This document shows, piece after piece, positions 18,422-28,891 of a stretch of 64,000 nt of DNA (position 1 is its first letter; the number at the start of each line of letters is the position of its first letter). Origin of the DNA: an uncultured Planctomycetaceae bacterium (lineage in GTDB: Bacteria > Planctomycetota > Phycisphaerae > SM23-33); NCBI GenBank assembly GCA_964401835.1, contig CAYNZP010000008.1, positions 37,899 to 101,898 of the forward strand, in the 5' to 3' direction. A program made the position numbers and the translations under genes. The notes beneath the pieces were generated by a model, which saw nothing but the letters and a program-made list of their open reading frames with translations, was not told the DNA's origin and ran no database searches.

Positions 18422-20893
18422 ATGCCTAAGTCTCAAATGGTCATACCTGAAGAAGTTCGCAAGAGTAGTTTCATTGAATTTAATCCAATACCGGTCAATC
18501 AATACAACAAAACCATCAAGGAAGAGTTAAGCCGGTTAAGCAAAGAAGACATGGTTCGTATCCAGCGAGACATGGTCATCATTCGCTCTTTTGAAAATAT
18601 GCTCAACGAAATTAAGCTGCGAGGTTCATTCGAGGGTATTGAATATAACCACAAAGGCCCGGCCCACTTATCAATAGGGCAGGAAGCTGCCGCCGTCGGC
18701 CAGGCATTTTCCCTGGAGATTGAAGACCATATCTACGGAAGCCACAGAAGTCACGGAGAGATTCTTGCTAAGGGTCTTTCGGCTATTGAGAAACTAGATG
18801 AAAAGACTTTGACAGACATCATGGAAAACTATTTCGGCGGCCAATGCCTGAGAATCGTCGAAAAAGACTGCAATGGTTCAGTAAAGGATTTAGCGAAAGA
18901 CTTTCTTATTTACGGCGCTCTTGCAGAAATATTCGGCCGTGAGATTGGCTTCAACAAGGGCATGGGTGGTTCCATGCACGCGTTCTTTTTGCCTTTCGGG
19001 ATTTATCCCAACAACGCAATAGTAGGTGGTTCTGCTGATATTTCCGTTGGAGCAGCCCTATTCAAGAAGGTGAATCGCAAAGACGGAATTGTAATTGCTA
19101 ATATCGGCGATGCTTCTTCGGCTTGCGGACCGGTTTGGGAAGGTATTTGTCTGGCGACAATGGACCAGTACAAGAAGCTTTGGGATGAGTCGATTCGCGG
19201 TGGCCTGCCGTTAATACTTAACTTCTACAATAACTTCTATGGCATGGGTGGCCAGCCTGCCGGTGAAACGATGGGTTTTGGCTTTTTGGCAAGGTTGGGG
19301 GCTGGCGTTAATCCCGAGCAGATGCACGCCGAGAGAGTTGACGGCTTCAATCCACTTGCTGTAATCGACTCGATTATTCGTAAAAAAGAAATTCTTGCCC
19401 GCGGTGATGGCCCAGTCCTGCTCGATACAATTACTTATCGTTACAGCGGCCATTCTCCTTCAGATGCCAGCAGTTATCGAGATAAGGCTGAAATCGAAGC
19501 GTGGCAGCAGCACGATCCGATTAATGCTTATGCAGACAGCCTCGTAAAAGCGAAAGTTTGTTCGTCAAGTGACATTGAAGCAATAACTGCAAATGCCCAG
19601 GAGCTAATCCTCAAGGCCTACAAAAAGGCAATCGATACGGATATTTCTCCAAGGCCGGAACTGAAAAGCAAGCACTGTCTCCTTGAAAAGACAATGTTCT
19701 CTAATCAACAGGCCAAGTCCATGGAGCCCGATCGCAAGCCGGATGTGCTTATCAGTAAAGAAGAAAATCCACGCGTCAAGATGCTTGCCAAACGTAGCCG
19801 CTCAGCCTTTGACGCAGATGGCAAAAAACTTTCCAAAACCAAGTGCATTGGTATTCGCGATGCGCTTTTCGAAGCAATAATCGACAGGTTTTACGAAGAC
19901 TCCACCTTAATAGCATATGGTGAAGAAAATCGTGACTGGGGCGGTCCTTTTGCCGTTTATCGTGGCCTTACCGAGGCATTACCATACCACAGACTGTTCA
20001 ACTCGCCGATTTCCGAAGGCGCTATCGTGGGTTCGGCTGTCGGTTATGCTCTTGAAGGCGGCAGGGCGTTAGTGGAATTGATGTATTGTGATTTTCTCGG
20101 CAGAAGTGGTGACGAAGTATTCAACCAACTGGCCAAATGGCAGTCGATGTCTGGCGGACTTTTGAAAATGCCTGTTGTGGTTCGTGTATCTGTCGGAAGT
20201 AAATATGGGGCGCAGCACAGTCAGGACTGGACAAGCATGTGTGCCCATGTGCCAGGTTTGAAAATTGCCTTCCCGGTCACACCTTACGATGCAAAGGGTT
20301 TATTAAATACCGCATTGACCGGCACCGATCCGGTGATCTTCTTTGAGAGTCAGCGAATTTATGACCAACCTGAAGAGTTCGTAGCTGGTGGCGTACCTGA
20401 AGGTTACTACGAAGTACCATTCGGTGAACCGGCAATTCGCAAGGAAGGAACTGACCTGACGATAATGACTATTGGTGCGACCCTTTACAGAGCAATTGAA
20501 GCGGCAAAAGAATTAGAAGAAAAATACGGAATTAGTTGTGAGATTATCGATGCTCGAAGCATAGTGCCGTTTAATTACGATAAGGTTATCGAGTCGGTCA
20601 AAAAGACTCGAAACATTCTCCTTGCATCAGACGCTTGCGAACGAGGAAGCTTTTTGACGACAATGGCTGCTAATATCACACGGTTTGCATTCGACGAGCT
20701 TGACGCTCCCCCGGTAGTTGTTGGGGCCAGAAACTGGATAACTCCGCAAGACGAGATCGAAGATTCTTTCTTCCCGTATCCATCAGACATTATCGATGCG
20801 GTTCATGAGCATGTCAGGCCGTTGTCTGGTTACACTCCTCAAAGGGAGTGCGATGTGAATGAGCTTAAGCGTCGCAGCCAAGAGGGTGTTTAA
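18422..20893 (+). CDS. 2-oxoacid dehydrogenase E1 component, fused alpha-beta subunits (TPP-dependent)
   Basis: 823 aa. N-terminal E1 alpha TPP-binding region and C-terminal transketolase-like beta region. 30 nt downstream of deoR. Confidence 0.8.
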   Translation: MPKSQMVIPEEVRKSSFIEFNPIPVNQYNKTIKEELSRLSKEDMVRIQRDMVIIRSFENMLNEIKLRGSFEGIEYNHKGPAHLSIGQEAAAVGQAFSLEIEDHIYGSHRSHGEILAKGLSAIEKLDEKTLTDIMENYFGGQCLRIVEKDCNGSVKDLAKDFLIYGALAEIFGREIGFNKGMGGSMHAFFLPFGIYPNNAIVGGSADISVGAALFKKVNRKDGIVIANIGDASSACGPVWEGICLATMDQYKKLWDESIRGGLPLILNFYNNFYGMGGQPAGETMGFGFLARLGAGVNPEQMHAERVDGFNPLAVIDSIIRKKEILARGDGPVLLDTITYRYSGHSPSDASSYRDKAEIEAWQQHDPINAYADSLVKAKVCSSSDIEAITANAQELILKAYKKAIDTDISPRPELKSKHCLLEKTMFSNQQAKSMEPDRKPDVLISKEENPRVKMLAKRSRSAFDADGKKLSKTKCIGIRDALFEAIIDRFYEDSTLIAYGEENRDWGGPFAVYRGLTEALPYHRLFNSPISEGAIVGSAVGYALEGGRALVELMYCDFLGRSGDEVFNQLAKWQSMSGGLLKMPVVVRVSVGSKYGAQHSQDWTSMCAHVPGLKIAFPVTPYDAKGLLNTALTGTDPVIFFESQRIYDQPEEFVAGGVPEGYYEVPFGEPAIRKEGTDLTIMTIGATLYRAIEAAKELEEKYGISCEIIDARSIVPFNYDKVIESVKKTRNILLASDACERGSFLTTMAANITRFAFDELDAPPVVVGARNWITPQDEIEDSFFPYPSDIIDAVHEHVRPLSGYTPQRECDVNELKRRSQEGV

Positions 20894-20944
20894 ATAATAG
20901 ACGTAATACGGTGCCGCAGATTTATAAAAAATACGAGGCTTAAG

Positions 20945-22057
20945 ATGAACGAGATCAGAGTTGCCATTGCTGGCGTTGGTAATTGCGTTTCTTCGTTGAT
21001 CCAGGGGATATATTACTACAAGGAACTTTTCCAGAGCAAAACGGAAGAGATCGTCGGTTTGGCTCATCCGACGCTCGGCGGTTACGCACCGGGCGACATA
21101 AAGATCGTTGCAGCCATTGATATCGACAAACGCAAAGTCGGCAAGCCGCTGCACGATGCGATTTTCGCTCAGCCGAATAATACCAAGCAGTTTTATACCG
21201 ACTTTACCTGTGACGGCGTAACTGTGCAGATGGGCAACATACTGGACGGCTGTGCTGAGCACATGGAAAACTATCCCGAGCATCAACGCTTCGTAGTAGC
21301 CGATCAGCCGTCTGCGACTCAGGAAGAAATCGAAAAGCTTTTGCGCGAAAGCGGGGCGGAAATTCTCATGAACTATCTGCCTGTCGGCTCTCAGAAAGCG
21401 ACTGAATTTTATGCCGAATGCTGTCTGAATACGGGCGTGAGCCTGATTAACTGCATTCCAGTATTTGTCGTATCCAATCCTCAATGGGCAGAGCGTTTTC
21501 GCAAGGCAGGTATCTGCTGTATTGGCGACGATATCAAAGCTCAGATCGGAGCTACCATTACTCACCGCGTACTTGCGCGGCTGATGCAGGAGCGTGGCGT
21601 CAAGGTCGACGCGACATACCAACTCAACACTGGCGGCAACACCGACTTTTTGAATATGCTCAATCATTCGCGTTTGGGTTCCAAACGGACTTCCAAGACA
21701 GAGGCTGTCCAGTCGCAGCTTGACGTGCCGCTGCCGCCGGATCAGGTTCATATCGGCCCAGCTGATTACGTTCCCTGGCAGAAAGACAACAAGGTCTGCT
21801 TCCTGCGGCTCGAAGGGCGTGGCTTTGGCAATGTGCCGATGAATCTGGAACTTCGCCTCAGCGTGGAAGATTCACCAAACTCGGCCGGCGAAACAATCGA
21901 CGCGATTCGCTGCTGCCAACTAGGACGCGACAGGGGGCTTGCCGGCCCGCTGGATGCAATCTCAGCCTATACTATGAAGCATCCACCAATACAGTATACC
22001 GACAGCCAGGCTCGCGAAATGCTGGATAACTTTATTGCTGAAAACAACGTCGAATAA
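20945..22057 (+). CDS. ino1: myo-Inositol-1-phosphate synthase
   Basis: IAGVGNCVSSLIQGI, NYLPVGS, GDDIKAQIGATITHRVLA and NTGGNTDFLNML closely match bacterial/archaeal MIPS. Confidence 0.85.
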   Translation: MNEIRVAIAGVGNCVSSLIQGIYYYKELFQSKTEEIVGLAHPTLGGYAPGDIKIVAAIDIDKRKVGKPLHDAIFAQPNNTKQFYTDFTCDGVTVQMGNILDGCAEHMENYPEHQRFVVADQPSATQEEIEKLLRESGAEILMNYLPVGSQKATEFYAECCLNTGVSLINCIPVFVVSNPQWAERFRKAGICCIGDDIKAQIGATITHRVLARLMQERGVKVDATYQLNTGGNTDFLNMLNHSRLGSKRTSKTEAVQSQLDVPLPPDQVHIGPADYVPWQKDNKVCFLRLEGRGFGNVPMNLELRLSVEDSPNSAGETIDAIRCCQLGRDRGLAGPLDAISAYTMKHPPIQYTDSQAREMLDNFIAENNVE

Positions 22058-22154
22058 TCCAGTTCCCAGCAGGCTTACAGTTAAGCCCAGAAAAATCCGT
22101 CGGTGGCCAAAGACAGACCCTATTACGGTAAGATGACTCACGGAGAAAATATTA

Positions 22155-23438
22155 ATGAGTAAATTCGCTGAATATCGTAGTCAAACAAAATTTGAGTTGC
22201 CGGAGACGATGCAGGCGGCTGTGGTATCGGGTGCAGGGTTCGAAAATCTCGCTTGTCGAGAAGTTCCCATCCCGCAGGTCGGCCCGAACCAGCTACTGGC
22301 CAGAGTTGACGCAGCCGGCGTTTGTACCTCCATCCTGAAACTCATTGCCCAAGGCGACAAGCACACCTTCATCAATGGCTGGGATCTTGAAAAGTTCCCG
22401 ATCATTCTCGGTGACGAAGGTTCTGTAACAGTTGTCAAAGTCGGCGAGAATATTACCGATCAATACAAGCAGGGCCAGCGTTTTGGTGTACAGCCGGCTG
22501 TTGACGTTGCCCCCATCAACCATCGCGAGCGTTACAAAAACAATGCCGAGGGCATGTTCAAATGTGCAGTCGGTTACACACTCGGCGGTAATCTGGCGCA
22601 GTACATCCTCATTCCGGAAGAAGTTCTTGAAGGCCAATGCCTCATGCCCCTGCCAAGCGACGAAATGTCATACTTTGGGGTTTCGATGGCAGAGCCGATT
22701 TCCTGCATCTGCTCGGCACAGGAGCGGAATTACCACATACACAAGGCCGGGCCACACGCATCTCGCCAGCCCAAACTGGGCCTTCTGGAAGGCGGCACGA
22801 CCGTAATCGTCGGGGCTGGCGGAATGGGCCTGATGCATCTGGAAATGGCTATGCGATATCGGCCCAAGACAATAATTGTCTCCGATCTCGTCGAGGAAAA
22901 GCTGGAAAAAGCCCTGAGCCTTGTCGGCGAAAAGGCGAAGGGGCTGGGAATTGACCTTATAACCACACTACCAGACAAGATTGAAGCAACACTGAAAAAA
23001 GCCAGCCAAGGCAAAGGTGCGGACGACATTATTCTGGCAGTCGGCGTCCAGCCGGTCCAGCAGCATGCACTGACCATGCTCGGTAAGGGCGGTGTGGCAA
23101 ATCTTTTCGGCGGCCTGCCCAAGGGCAAGAATATGCTCCAGATAGACGCAATAGCCGTACACTACGACGAAATTAAACTTGTCGGTTCCAGCGGCGGCGA
23201 ACCGTCCGATTTGAAAGTCGCCCTTGATGCAATCGCAAGCGGGGATATCGATGCAGGCAACTACGTCTATGCTATCGGCTCGCTGAAGCATGTACCGCAA
23301 GCGTTGCAGATGATTGCCGAGAATAAGACTGACGGCAAAATCATCATCTATCCGCACGCCGAGATAGACGAACTTATGCCCGTGACGTATTGGGATGCAC
23401 AGAAAGAGAAAGATTACCTCAACGAAAGATTGAGCTGA
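22155..23438 (+). CDS. Medium-chain (Zn-ADH-like) dehydrogenase/reductase, atypical
   Basis: 427 aa MDR fold with GAGGMG Rossmann motif. The usual GHE catalytic-zinc motif reads GDEGS and there are inserts. Confidence 0.7.
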   Translation: MSKFAEYRSQTKFELPETMQAAVVSGAGFENLACREVPIPQVGPNQLLARVDAAGVCTSILKLIAQGDKHTFINGWDLEKFPIILGDEGSVTVVKVGENITDQYKQGQRFGVQPAVDVAPINHRERYKNNAEGMFKCAVGYTLGGNLAQYILIPEEVLEGQCLMPLPSDEMSYFGVSMAEPISCICSAQERNYHIHKAGPHASRQPKLGLLEGGTTVIVGAGGMGLMHLEMAMRYRPKTIIVSDLVEEKLEKALSLVGEKAKGLGIDLITTLPDKIEATLKKASQGKGADDIILAVGVQPVQQHALTMLGKGGVANLFGGLPKGKNMLQIDAIAVHYDEIKLVGSSGGEPSDLKVALDAIASGDIDAGNYVYAIGSLKHVPQALQMIAENKTDGKIIIYPHAEIDELMPVTYWDAQKEKDYLNERLS

Positions 23439-23439
23439 A

Positions 23440-24720
23440 ATGAGTTTAAATAAAACATTCGTTGGTTTTGGTTTCGGGCCGATTCAGACCGGCTTGTTTC
23501 TTTACGAGGCGTATCTGTCCGGCAACTTTAAAAGGTTCGTGGTGTCTGAAGTTGATCAGACACTTGTTGATGCGATAGCCCAAAATGATGGACGATACAA
23601 CGTGAACATCGCACGCAAGGACCGGATAGACCAGTTCGCATTGGAGGGCATCACACTTTACAACCCTCGTGACGAACAAAGCCGAGAGAAGATAACTCAG
23701 GCCATCGCCGAATCCGACGAACTGGCAACTGCCTTGCCCAGCGTAAACATCTATGACGCCGGCGGCGAAACCAGCGTCATAGGCCTTCTTGCCGCGGGCC
23801 TGAATCAGCGAGGCAAGTCAAAACCAACCGTTCTTTATGCTGCCGAAAACAACAACCACGCTGCGGAAATTTTCACCGAGAAACTCAACAGCCAACCTGA
23901 CACATCACACCTTGCCAACTTTCAGGCATTGAATACTGTCGTCGGTAAAATGAGCGGCATAATAACCGAGCCGGATGTAATCGAGCATCTGAACCTCACT
24001 ACGATAACACCGGATATTCCGCGTGCGATACTTATCGAAGAATTCAACCGCATATTAATCTCAAAGATTACACTGCCAGGCTATCAGCGAGGAATTGACG
24101 TATTCGAGGAAAAAGACGACCTCTTTCCATTCGAGGAAGCCAAACTCTACGGCCACAATGCAATCCACGCACTAATTGCCTATCTCGCGGACTTGAAGGG
24201 CCTGAACACAATCGCCGACGCCGGCCGAGGTGAAGAAATAATGTCTATCGCCCGAAAGGCATTCATCGACGAATCCGGCGCCGCGATGATCCACCACAAC
24301 GGAAAAACCGGCGACAGACTTTTCACGCCGGATGGTTATCGCGATTACGCCGAGGATCTTCTTGAACGCATGACTAATCCGAACTTAAACGACCTCGTCA
24401 GCCGTGTCGGCCGGGACCATCTCCGCAAACTCGGTTACAATGATCGTATCTTTGGTACGATGCGTTTGGCACTGGAAGCAGGCGTCGAGCCGGTCAATCT
24501 TGCGTGCGGCGCAGCAGCCGGTGTTCTGAGCATGATCAAGCGCAAAGACGAGTTACCCGCCATCCCACAAAATCTACCTGCAAGCGATGCGGAACTTTCG
24601 CACGAAAGCTTGAAAAAGCTGCTGGATGAACTATGGGCTGGCGACACTGACGAGAAAGCCTGCAAACTGATCGCACTTACATGGGACGCAACAGAAAAAA
24701 TCCGGTGCTTCCGCCGTTAA
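23440..24720 (+). CDS. Mannitol dehydrogenase family protein (mannitol-1-phosphate 5-dehydrogenase-like)
   Basis: FGFGPIQTG N-terminal NAD motif, KLYGHNAIHALIAYLA and VSRVGRDHLRKLGYNDRI align with MtlD motifs. Starts 2 nt after the preceding gene. Confidence 0.6.
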   Translation: MSLNKTFVGFGFGPIQTGLFLYEAYLSGNFKRFVVSEVDQTLVDAIAQNDGRYNVNIARKDRIDQFALEGITLYNPRDEQSREKITQAIAESDELATALPSVNIYDAGGETSVIGLLAAGLNQRGKSKPTVLYAAENNNHAAEIFTEKLNSQPDTSHLANFQALNTVVGKMSGIITEPDVIEHLNLTTITPDIPRAILIEEFNRILISKITLPGYQRGIDVFEEKDDLFPFEEAKLYGHNAIHALIAYLADLKGLNTIADAGRGEEIMSIARKAFIDESGAAMIHHNGKTGDRLFTPDGYRDYAEDLLERMTNPNLNDLVSRVGRDHLRKLGYNDRIFGTMRLALEAGVEPVNLACGAAAGVLSMIKRKDELPAIPQNLPASDAELSHESLKKLLDELWAGDTDEKACKLIALTWDATEKIRCFRR

Positions 24721-24941
24721 CTGATACGGGAGGTTACTTTTCGGGCCGCCCCTTTTTGTTTGGATTCTTCCTCAAAAGCATATTTCTAACGTTGTGTGCA
24801 ATCGCCCTTTAAGTAATCGCTCATTTTTTAAAAAATCCTTTTCGAGTGGGCCTTCCATGCCTATAATGCCACGCTCTTTAAGACGATTTGCGGTTTTACT
24901 GAGTTTTAATGAACTCCAGACAGGGAAAAAGAGGAAAAAAA

Positions 24942-25958
24942 ATGTTAGTACCAATGCGAATACTGTTAGATCACGCCGCCGAGAACAACTACGGCGTAGT
25001 TGCCCTTAACGTCAACAACATGGAGCAGATCCAGGCGATCATGATGGCTGCCCAGGAAACCGATTCTCCGGTTATCATCCAGGCCTCTCGTGGCGCTCGC
25101 AGCTACAGTAACGACGCTTATCTGCGTCACCTAATACTGGCCGCTGCAGAGCTCAACCCAACCATTCCTATCGCCATGCACCTTGACCACGGCAATAGCT
25201 TTGAAACTTGCGAAAGTGCAATCCAGCAGGGCTTCACCTCGGTGATGATGGACGGTTCACTCTCCGAAGACGGCAAGATTCCAAGCAGCTATGAATACAA
25301 CGCTGAACTTACAAGAAAAGTCGTCGATGCAGCCCACGCCGTTGGCGTCAGCGTCGAAGGCGAAATTGGCGCCCTTGGCGGCATTGAGGATGGACACGGT
25401 GCAGGCCTGAGCGAAGAAGAGGCACAGGAACACCTCACCAACCCGGACCAGGCTGAGCAGTTCGTAGCCGACACAGGCGTTGATGCATTGGCAGTTGCCA
25501 TAGGAACCAGCCACGGTGCCTATAAATTCAAAAAGAAGCCGACCGGCGATGTTCTCAAGATGGACCTTATCGAGGAAATCCACCGCCGTCTGCCCAACAC
25601 TCACCTAGTCATGCACGGCTCTTCAAGCGTTCCACAGGAACTGCAGGACATCATCAATCAGTATGGCGGAAAGCTCAACCCGACCTACGGTGTGCCTGTT
25701 GAGCAGATTCAAAAAGGCATTCAAAATGGCGTCCGAAAGGTTAATGTCGATACTGACAACCGCTTGGCGATTACCGGCGCGATTCGCAAAGTATTTTCCG
25801 AAAGCCCGGAAAAGTTCGACCCGAGAGCCTACCTCAAACCCGCACGTGAAGCCATGAAGGAACTCTGCGTCTCTCGCATGACAGCTTTCGGACAGGCTGG
25901 CAACGCTGGTAAGATAAAACCTGTAACCTGTAAAGAAATGGTCGACTTCTACAAATAA
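24942..25958 (+). CDS. fba: Fructose-bisphosphate aldolase class II
   Basis: [31 protein letters not shown] and HGSS motifs of class II FBA. Confidence 0.85.
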   Translation: MLVPMRILLDHAAENNYGVVALNVNNMEQIQAIMMAAQETDSPVIIQASRGARSYSNDAYLRHLILAAAELNPTIPIAMHLDHGNSFETCESAIQQGFTSVMMDGSLSEDGKIPSSYEYNAELTRKVVDAAHAVGVSVEGEIGALGGIEDGHGAGLSEEEAQEHLTNPDQAEQFVADTGVDALAVAIGTSHGAYKFKKKPTGDVLKMDLIEEIHRRLPNTHLVMHGSSSVPQELQDIINQYGGKLNPTYGVPVEQIQKGIQNGVRKVNVDTDNRLAITGAIRKVFSESPEKFDPRAYLKPAREAMKELCVSRMTAFGQAGNAGKIKPVTCKEMVDFYK

Positions 25959-25984
25959 AAATGACTGATTAAGCGCATTAAAAA

Positions 25985-26016
25985 GGCCCATGGCATTTAC
26001 CACGGGCTTTTTTTTT
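25985..26016. terminator. Bidirectional rho-independent terminator between fba and tyrS
   Basis: GGCCCATGG / CCACGGGC hairpin flanked by an A-run upstream and a T9 run downstream, between convergent genes. Confidence 0.55.
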
Positions 26017-26029
26017 ATTCATTAAAAAC

Positions 26030-27250
26030 CTACTTGGTTACAATCTTACCGAATCGCCGTTTGCCGACCTTCAAAACCTGGCCTGTTTGCAATTCAACTT
26101 CACCATCGATATCAGTAACCTTAACATCATCGATACTAACGGCATTCTGTTGTACTAACCGCCTTGCTTCACCTTTGGATTTTGCAAATCCAGCCAAGGT
26201 GATAAGTTCGATGATATTCATCTTTGTATCCGAAACAGTCACCTCAGGTATATCCGTTGGTGTTTTCTTGGCTGCGAATACGCGGTCGAACTCGTCTGCT
26301 GCGGCCTCTGCTGCTTCCTTGCCGTGATAGGTTTCAACAATCATTTTAGCAAGCGTAACCTTGGCCTGGCGGGGGTGCGTCTTGTCCGGATTGACAAGGA
26401 CATCTATTTGCTTACGAGACAGTTCTGTAAGCAGTGTAAAATAATTCTCCATCAGTGAATCGGGAATTGACATGACCTTACCGAACATATCGTTGGGCTC
26501 ATCGGTTATGCCGATGTAATTGCCCTTGGACTTGCTCATTTTTTCTGTGCCATCAAGGCCTACCAGAAGCGGGAACATCATGACGATCTGCCTTGACTGC
26601 CCGGCATTTTCCTGAAGTTGCCTGCCGACAAGGTTGTTGAATGTCTGATCTGTTCCGCCAAGTTCAACATCCGCCTCGATGCAAACGCTATCGTAACCCT
26701 GCATAAGAGGATAAAAGAACTCATGCACACCGATAGGGGCGCCAGCCTTAAAGCGAATCTCGAAAGTGTCGCGTTCCATCATCCTGGCGACCGTCATCTG
26801 GGCTGAAAGCTTGAGGATGTCGGCAAGATTAAGCTTTTCCAGCCATTCACTGTTGTAGCGAATCTCGATTTTATCTTCGGAAGTATCGAGCACTTTTGCC
26901 GCCTGTTGGACATATGTTTCGGCGTTTTCTTTTATCTGCTCCGGAGAGAGCATGGGGCGGGTCTTGTTCGTGCCGGAAGGATCGCCGATACGGGCTGTGT
27001 AATCGCCAATAATCAACACAGCCTTGTGGCCAAGGTCCTGGAAGCGTCGTACGGCTTTTAGCTGGACGGTATGGCCCAGATGGATATCCGGAGCGGTCGG
27101 GTCCAGCCCGAGCTTTATTCGCAATTGGGCTGAGTTTTCGGATGCTTTTTTCAGCCGCGTCAGGAGTTCTTCCTGACTGAAGAGCGCCTCGCAGCCACGC
27201 GTCAGGAATAAAACCTGATCCTGTAATTCTTTTTCACTTAATTTGCTCAT
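26030..27250 (-). CDS. tyrS: Tyrosyl-tRNA synthetase
   Basis: HLGH (HIGH) and KMSKS motifs, C-terminal S4 domain. Probable start is MSKLSEKEL; the track ORF extends 25 codons upstream. Confidence 0.9.
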   Translation of the reverse strand: MSKLSEKELQDQVLFLTRGCEALFSQEELLTRLKKASENSAQLRIKLGLDPTAPDIHLGHTVQLKAVRRFQDLGHKAVLIIGDYTARIGDPSGTNKTRPMLSPEQIKENAETYVQQAAKVLDTSEDKIEIRYNSEWLEKLNLADILKLSAQMTVARMMERDTFEIRFKAGAPIGVHEFFYPLMQGYDSVCIEADVELGGTDQTFNNLVGRQLQENAGQSRQIVMMFPLLVGLDGTEKMSKSKGNYIGITDEPNDMFGKVMSIPDSLMENYFTLLTELSRKQIDVLVNPDKTHPRQAKVTLAKMIVETYHGKEAAEAAADEFDRVFAAKKTPTDIPEVTVSDTKMNIIELITLAGFAKSKGEARRLVQQNAVSIDDVKVTDIDGEVELQTGQVLKVGKRRFGKIVTK

Positions 27251-27382
27251 AAGGCCGATGAGTCTAACCAGAGTAAAAGAAATTTGCAACAAACGCTGTA
27301 AGCAATATATTGTGTGCTTGCTCATTTGGCGGTTGTGATATTAAAATCCAACGCCGGGTTCTTTCTATATCGATAAAAAGGC

Positions 27383-28879
27383 ATGAAAGTGATTATGAAA
27401 ACGACGAGATTATTAATTCCATTATTGGTTTTTTCCGCATTTTTTACCGGGTGTGTCCAGCAGGTCCCCGAAACACCGAGCAATCTGGTCGAATACCACA
27501 ACCAGCAGCGGACAAATCCGGATGCGTATCCCGAGCGAACCATCCTGCTTTATAACCTTCAGCGGGTCCTGGATAGCGACATCGAGACATCCGACCGTGT
27601 TCACTCTATGGAACTTGTAACCTACCTTGGTGGTGAGGACGAATCTGTCCATGCACAGCTGGCAGAGATATTGGCAAAGCCCAACACGCCGCCGGAGCTC
27701 AACCAGGCTGTGTTGGAATTTCTGCTCAAGAAAGATTACCCACATGTAGCAGCCTACGTCGTAAAGGCTCTTCCTCAGGCCAAGCCGGGCAGCGAAATGC
27801 GACAAGCCATGCTGGATTGGCTGGCTAAGCATCCTCGCGGAGATGTACTTGCCGAGGTCGTCAAGCTTTGGGCACAGGAGCCCTCCAGCACCAGCCCGAA
27901 CGAGCCAAGATTCAGACACCTTGTTGAACGCATGAGCGGAAGGCAGTGGGATCAGGCCCTTATTGACGGCATTAACACGCCGATTTTCTTCGCACGCGGG
28001 TCTGCCCTGAAGGTTCTTACTGAGAGAATCCCTGTTAAGATACTCAAGGCCAGGATATCCAAGGCAACACCTCGTACGGATGCGATGAAGGTCTTGCACG
28101 CCTTTATTTACAGGTTCGACTATATTCCGGTCAACGGCCAGCAGTTTGCCACGGCAGCATCACTTTCAGCCAAAAAGTGGAGCGTAATGGATGATGCAGC
28201 CAAGCTTTCCAGCAAATGGCAGGAGAGTTACGGCTACCGTTTCGACATTCGTGACTTCCACCTTTTGAGCGAGCTTTCACGAGACCCGCTCCGCAAGATG
28301 CTCAGACGAACGCAGATAGCCCTTGAATTGGGACAGGAATTCGGCGCGCGTCGGCATGTCAAGCATATCCCTTCTAGGCTCGGCGCCGAAGATGACTATA
28401 ACGACCGCTTCTGGCCACAGGTTGAAAGCCTCACCATGGCTGACCTTTGGAACCTGTACCTGCTTAACGAGATGCTCTCCAGCCCGAGAGTGCAACTGGC
28501 TTTGAAGGTTATGGGCGACCTTGACCGACGAGACAGAAGAAACGCCTGGGGCGGCCTTGTTTCATACGAAAACGGCAAGGCCGAAGCCAAGATTTATCCG
28601 TCTGACCAGACAAATGTCCAAAGCAGCGACACTCGTTATATAATCTCTAAACAGGCCGCTAAGGAAGGGCGGGACTCATTGTGCCGCTTCTCGGCCCATT
28701 TCAGCCAGCAAGCCAATTCACAGCAGGCCGGGCCGGGAATTGAAGAACTGCAGGACGCCAAAGAAAACAATTTCTACGGATTGGTACTGACCAGCATAGG
28801 TCCGGACGAATTCTGTGCGCATTACTTCAATCCGGATGGAACTGTCGTTTCAATGGGAACATACCCGTTCGGAAAATAA
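27383..28879 (+). CDS. Lipoprotein, function unknown
   Basis: Signal peptide with lipobox FFTGC. 498 aa, no recognisable catalytic motif. Confidence 0.6.
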   Translation: MKVIMKTTRLLIPLLVFSAFFTGCVQQVPETPSNLVEYHNQQRTNPDAYPERTILLYNLQRVLDSDIETSDRVHSMELVTYLGGEDESVHAQLAEILAKPNTPPELNQAVLEFLLKKDYPHVAAYVVKALPQAKPGSEMRQAMLDWLAKHPRGDVLAEVVKLWAQEPSSTSPNEPRFRHLVERMSGRQWDQALIDGINTPIFFARGSALKVLTERIPVKILKARISKATPRTDAMKVLHAFIYRFDYIPVNGQQFATAASLSAKKWSVMDDAAKLSSKWQESYGYRFDIRDFHLLSELSRDPLRKMLRRTQIALELGQEFGARRHVKHIPSRLGAEDDYNDRFWPQVESLTMADLWNLYLLNEMLSSPRVQLALKVMGDLDRRDRRNAWGGLVSYENGKAEAKIYPSDQTNVQSSDTRYIISKQAAKEGRDSLCRFSAHFSQQANSQQAGPGIEELQDAKENNFYGLVLTSIGPDEFCAHYFNPDGTVVSMGTYPFGK

Positions 28880-28891
28880 GAAAACCTGAGC

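Noticed and set aside
20783-21751. 322-aa ORF on the minus strand overlapping ino1
   Set aside because: It is fully antisense to the well-supported myo-inositol-1-phosphate synthase gene and has no protein-like motifs. It is a shadow ORF of a GC-biased frame.
27251-27382. T-box or other riboswitch leaders upstream of tyrS, hisS, valS, lysA and bioB
   Set aside because: The upstream regions are too short (40-130 nt) and lack specifier/T-box or LYS-element features. Only cimA has a structured leader, and it is a peptide attenuator.
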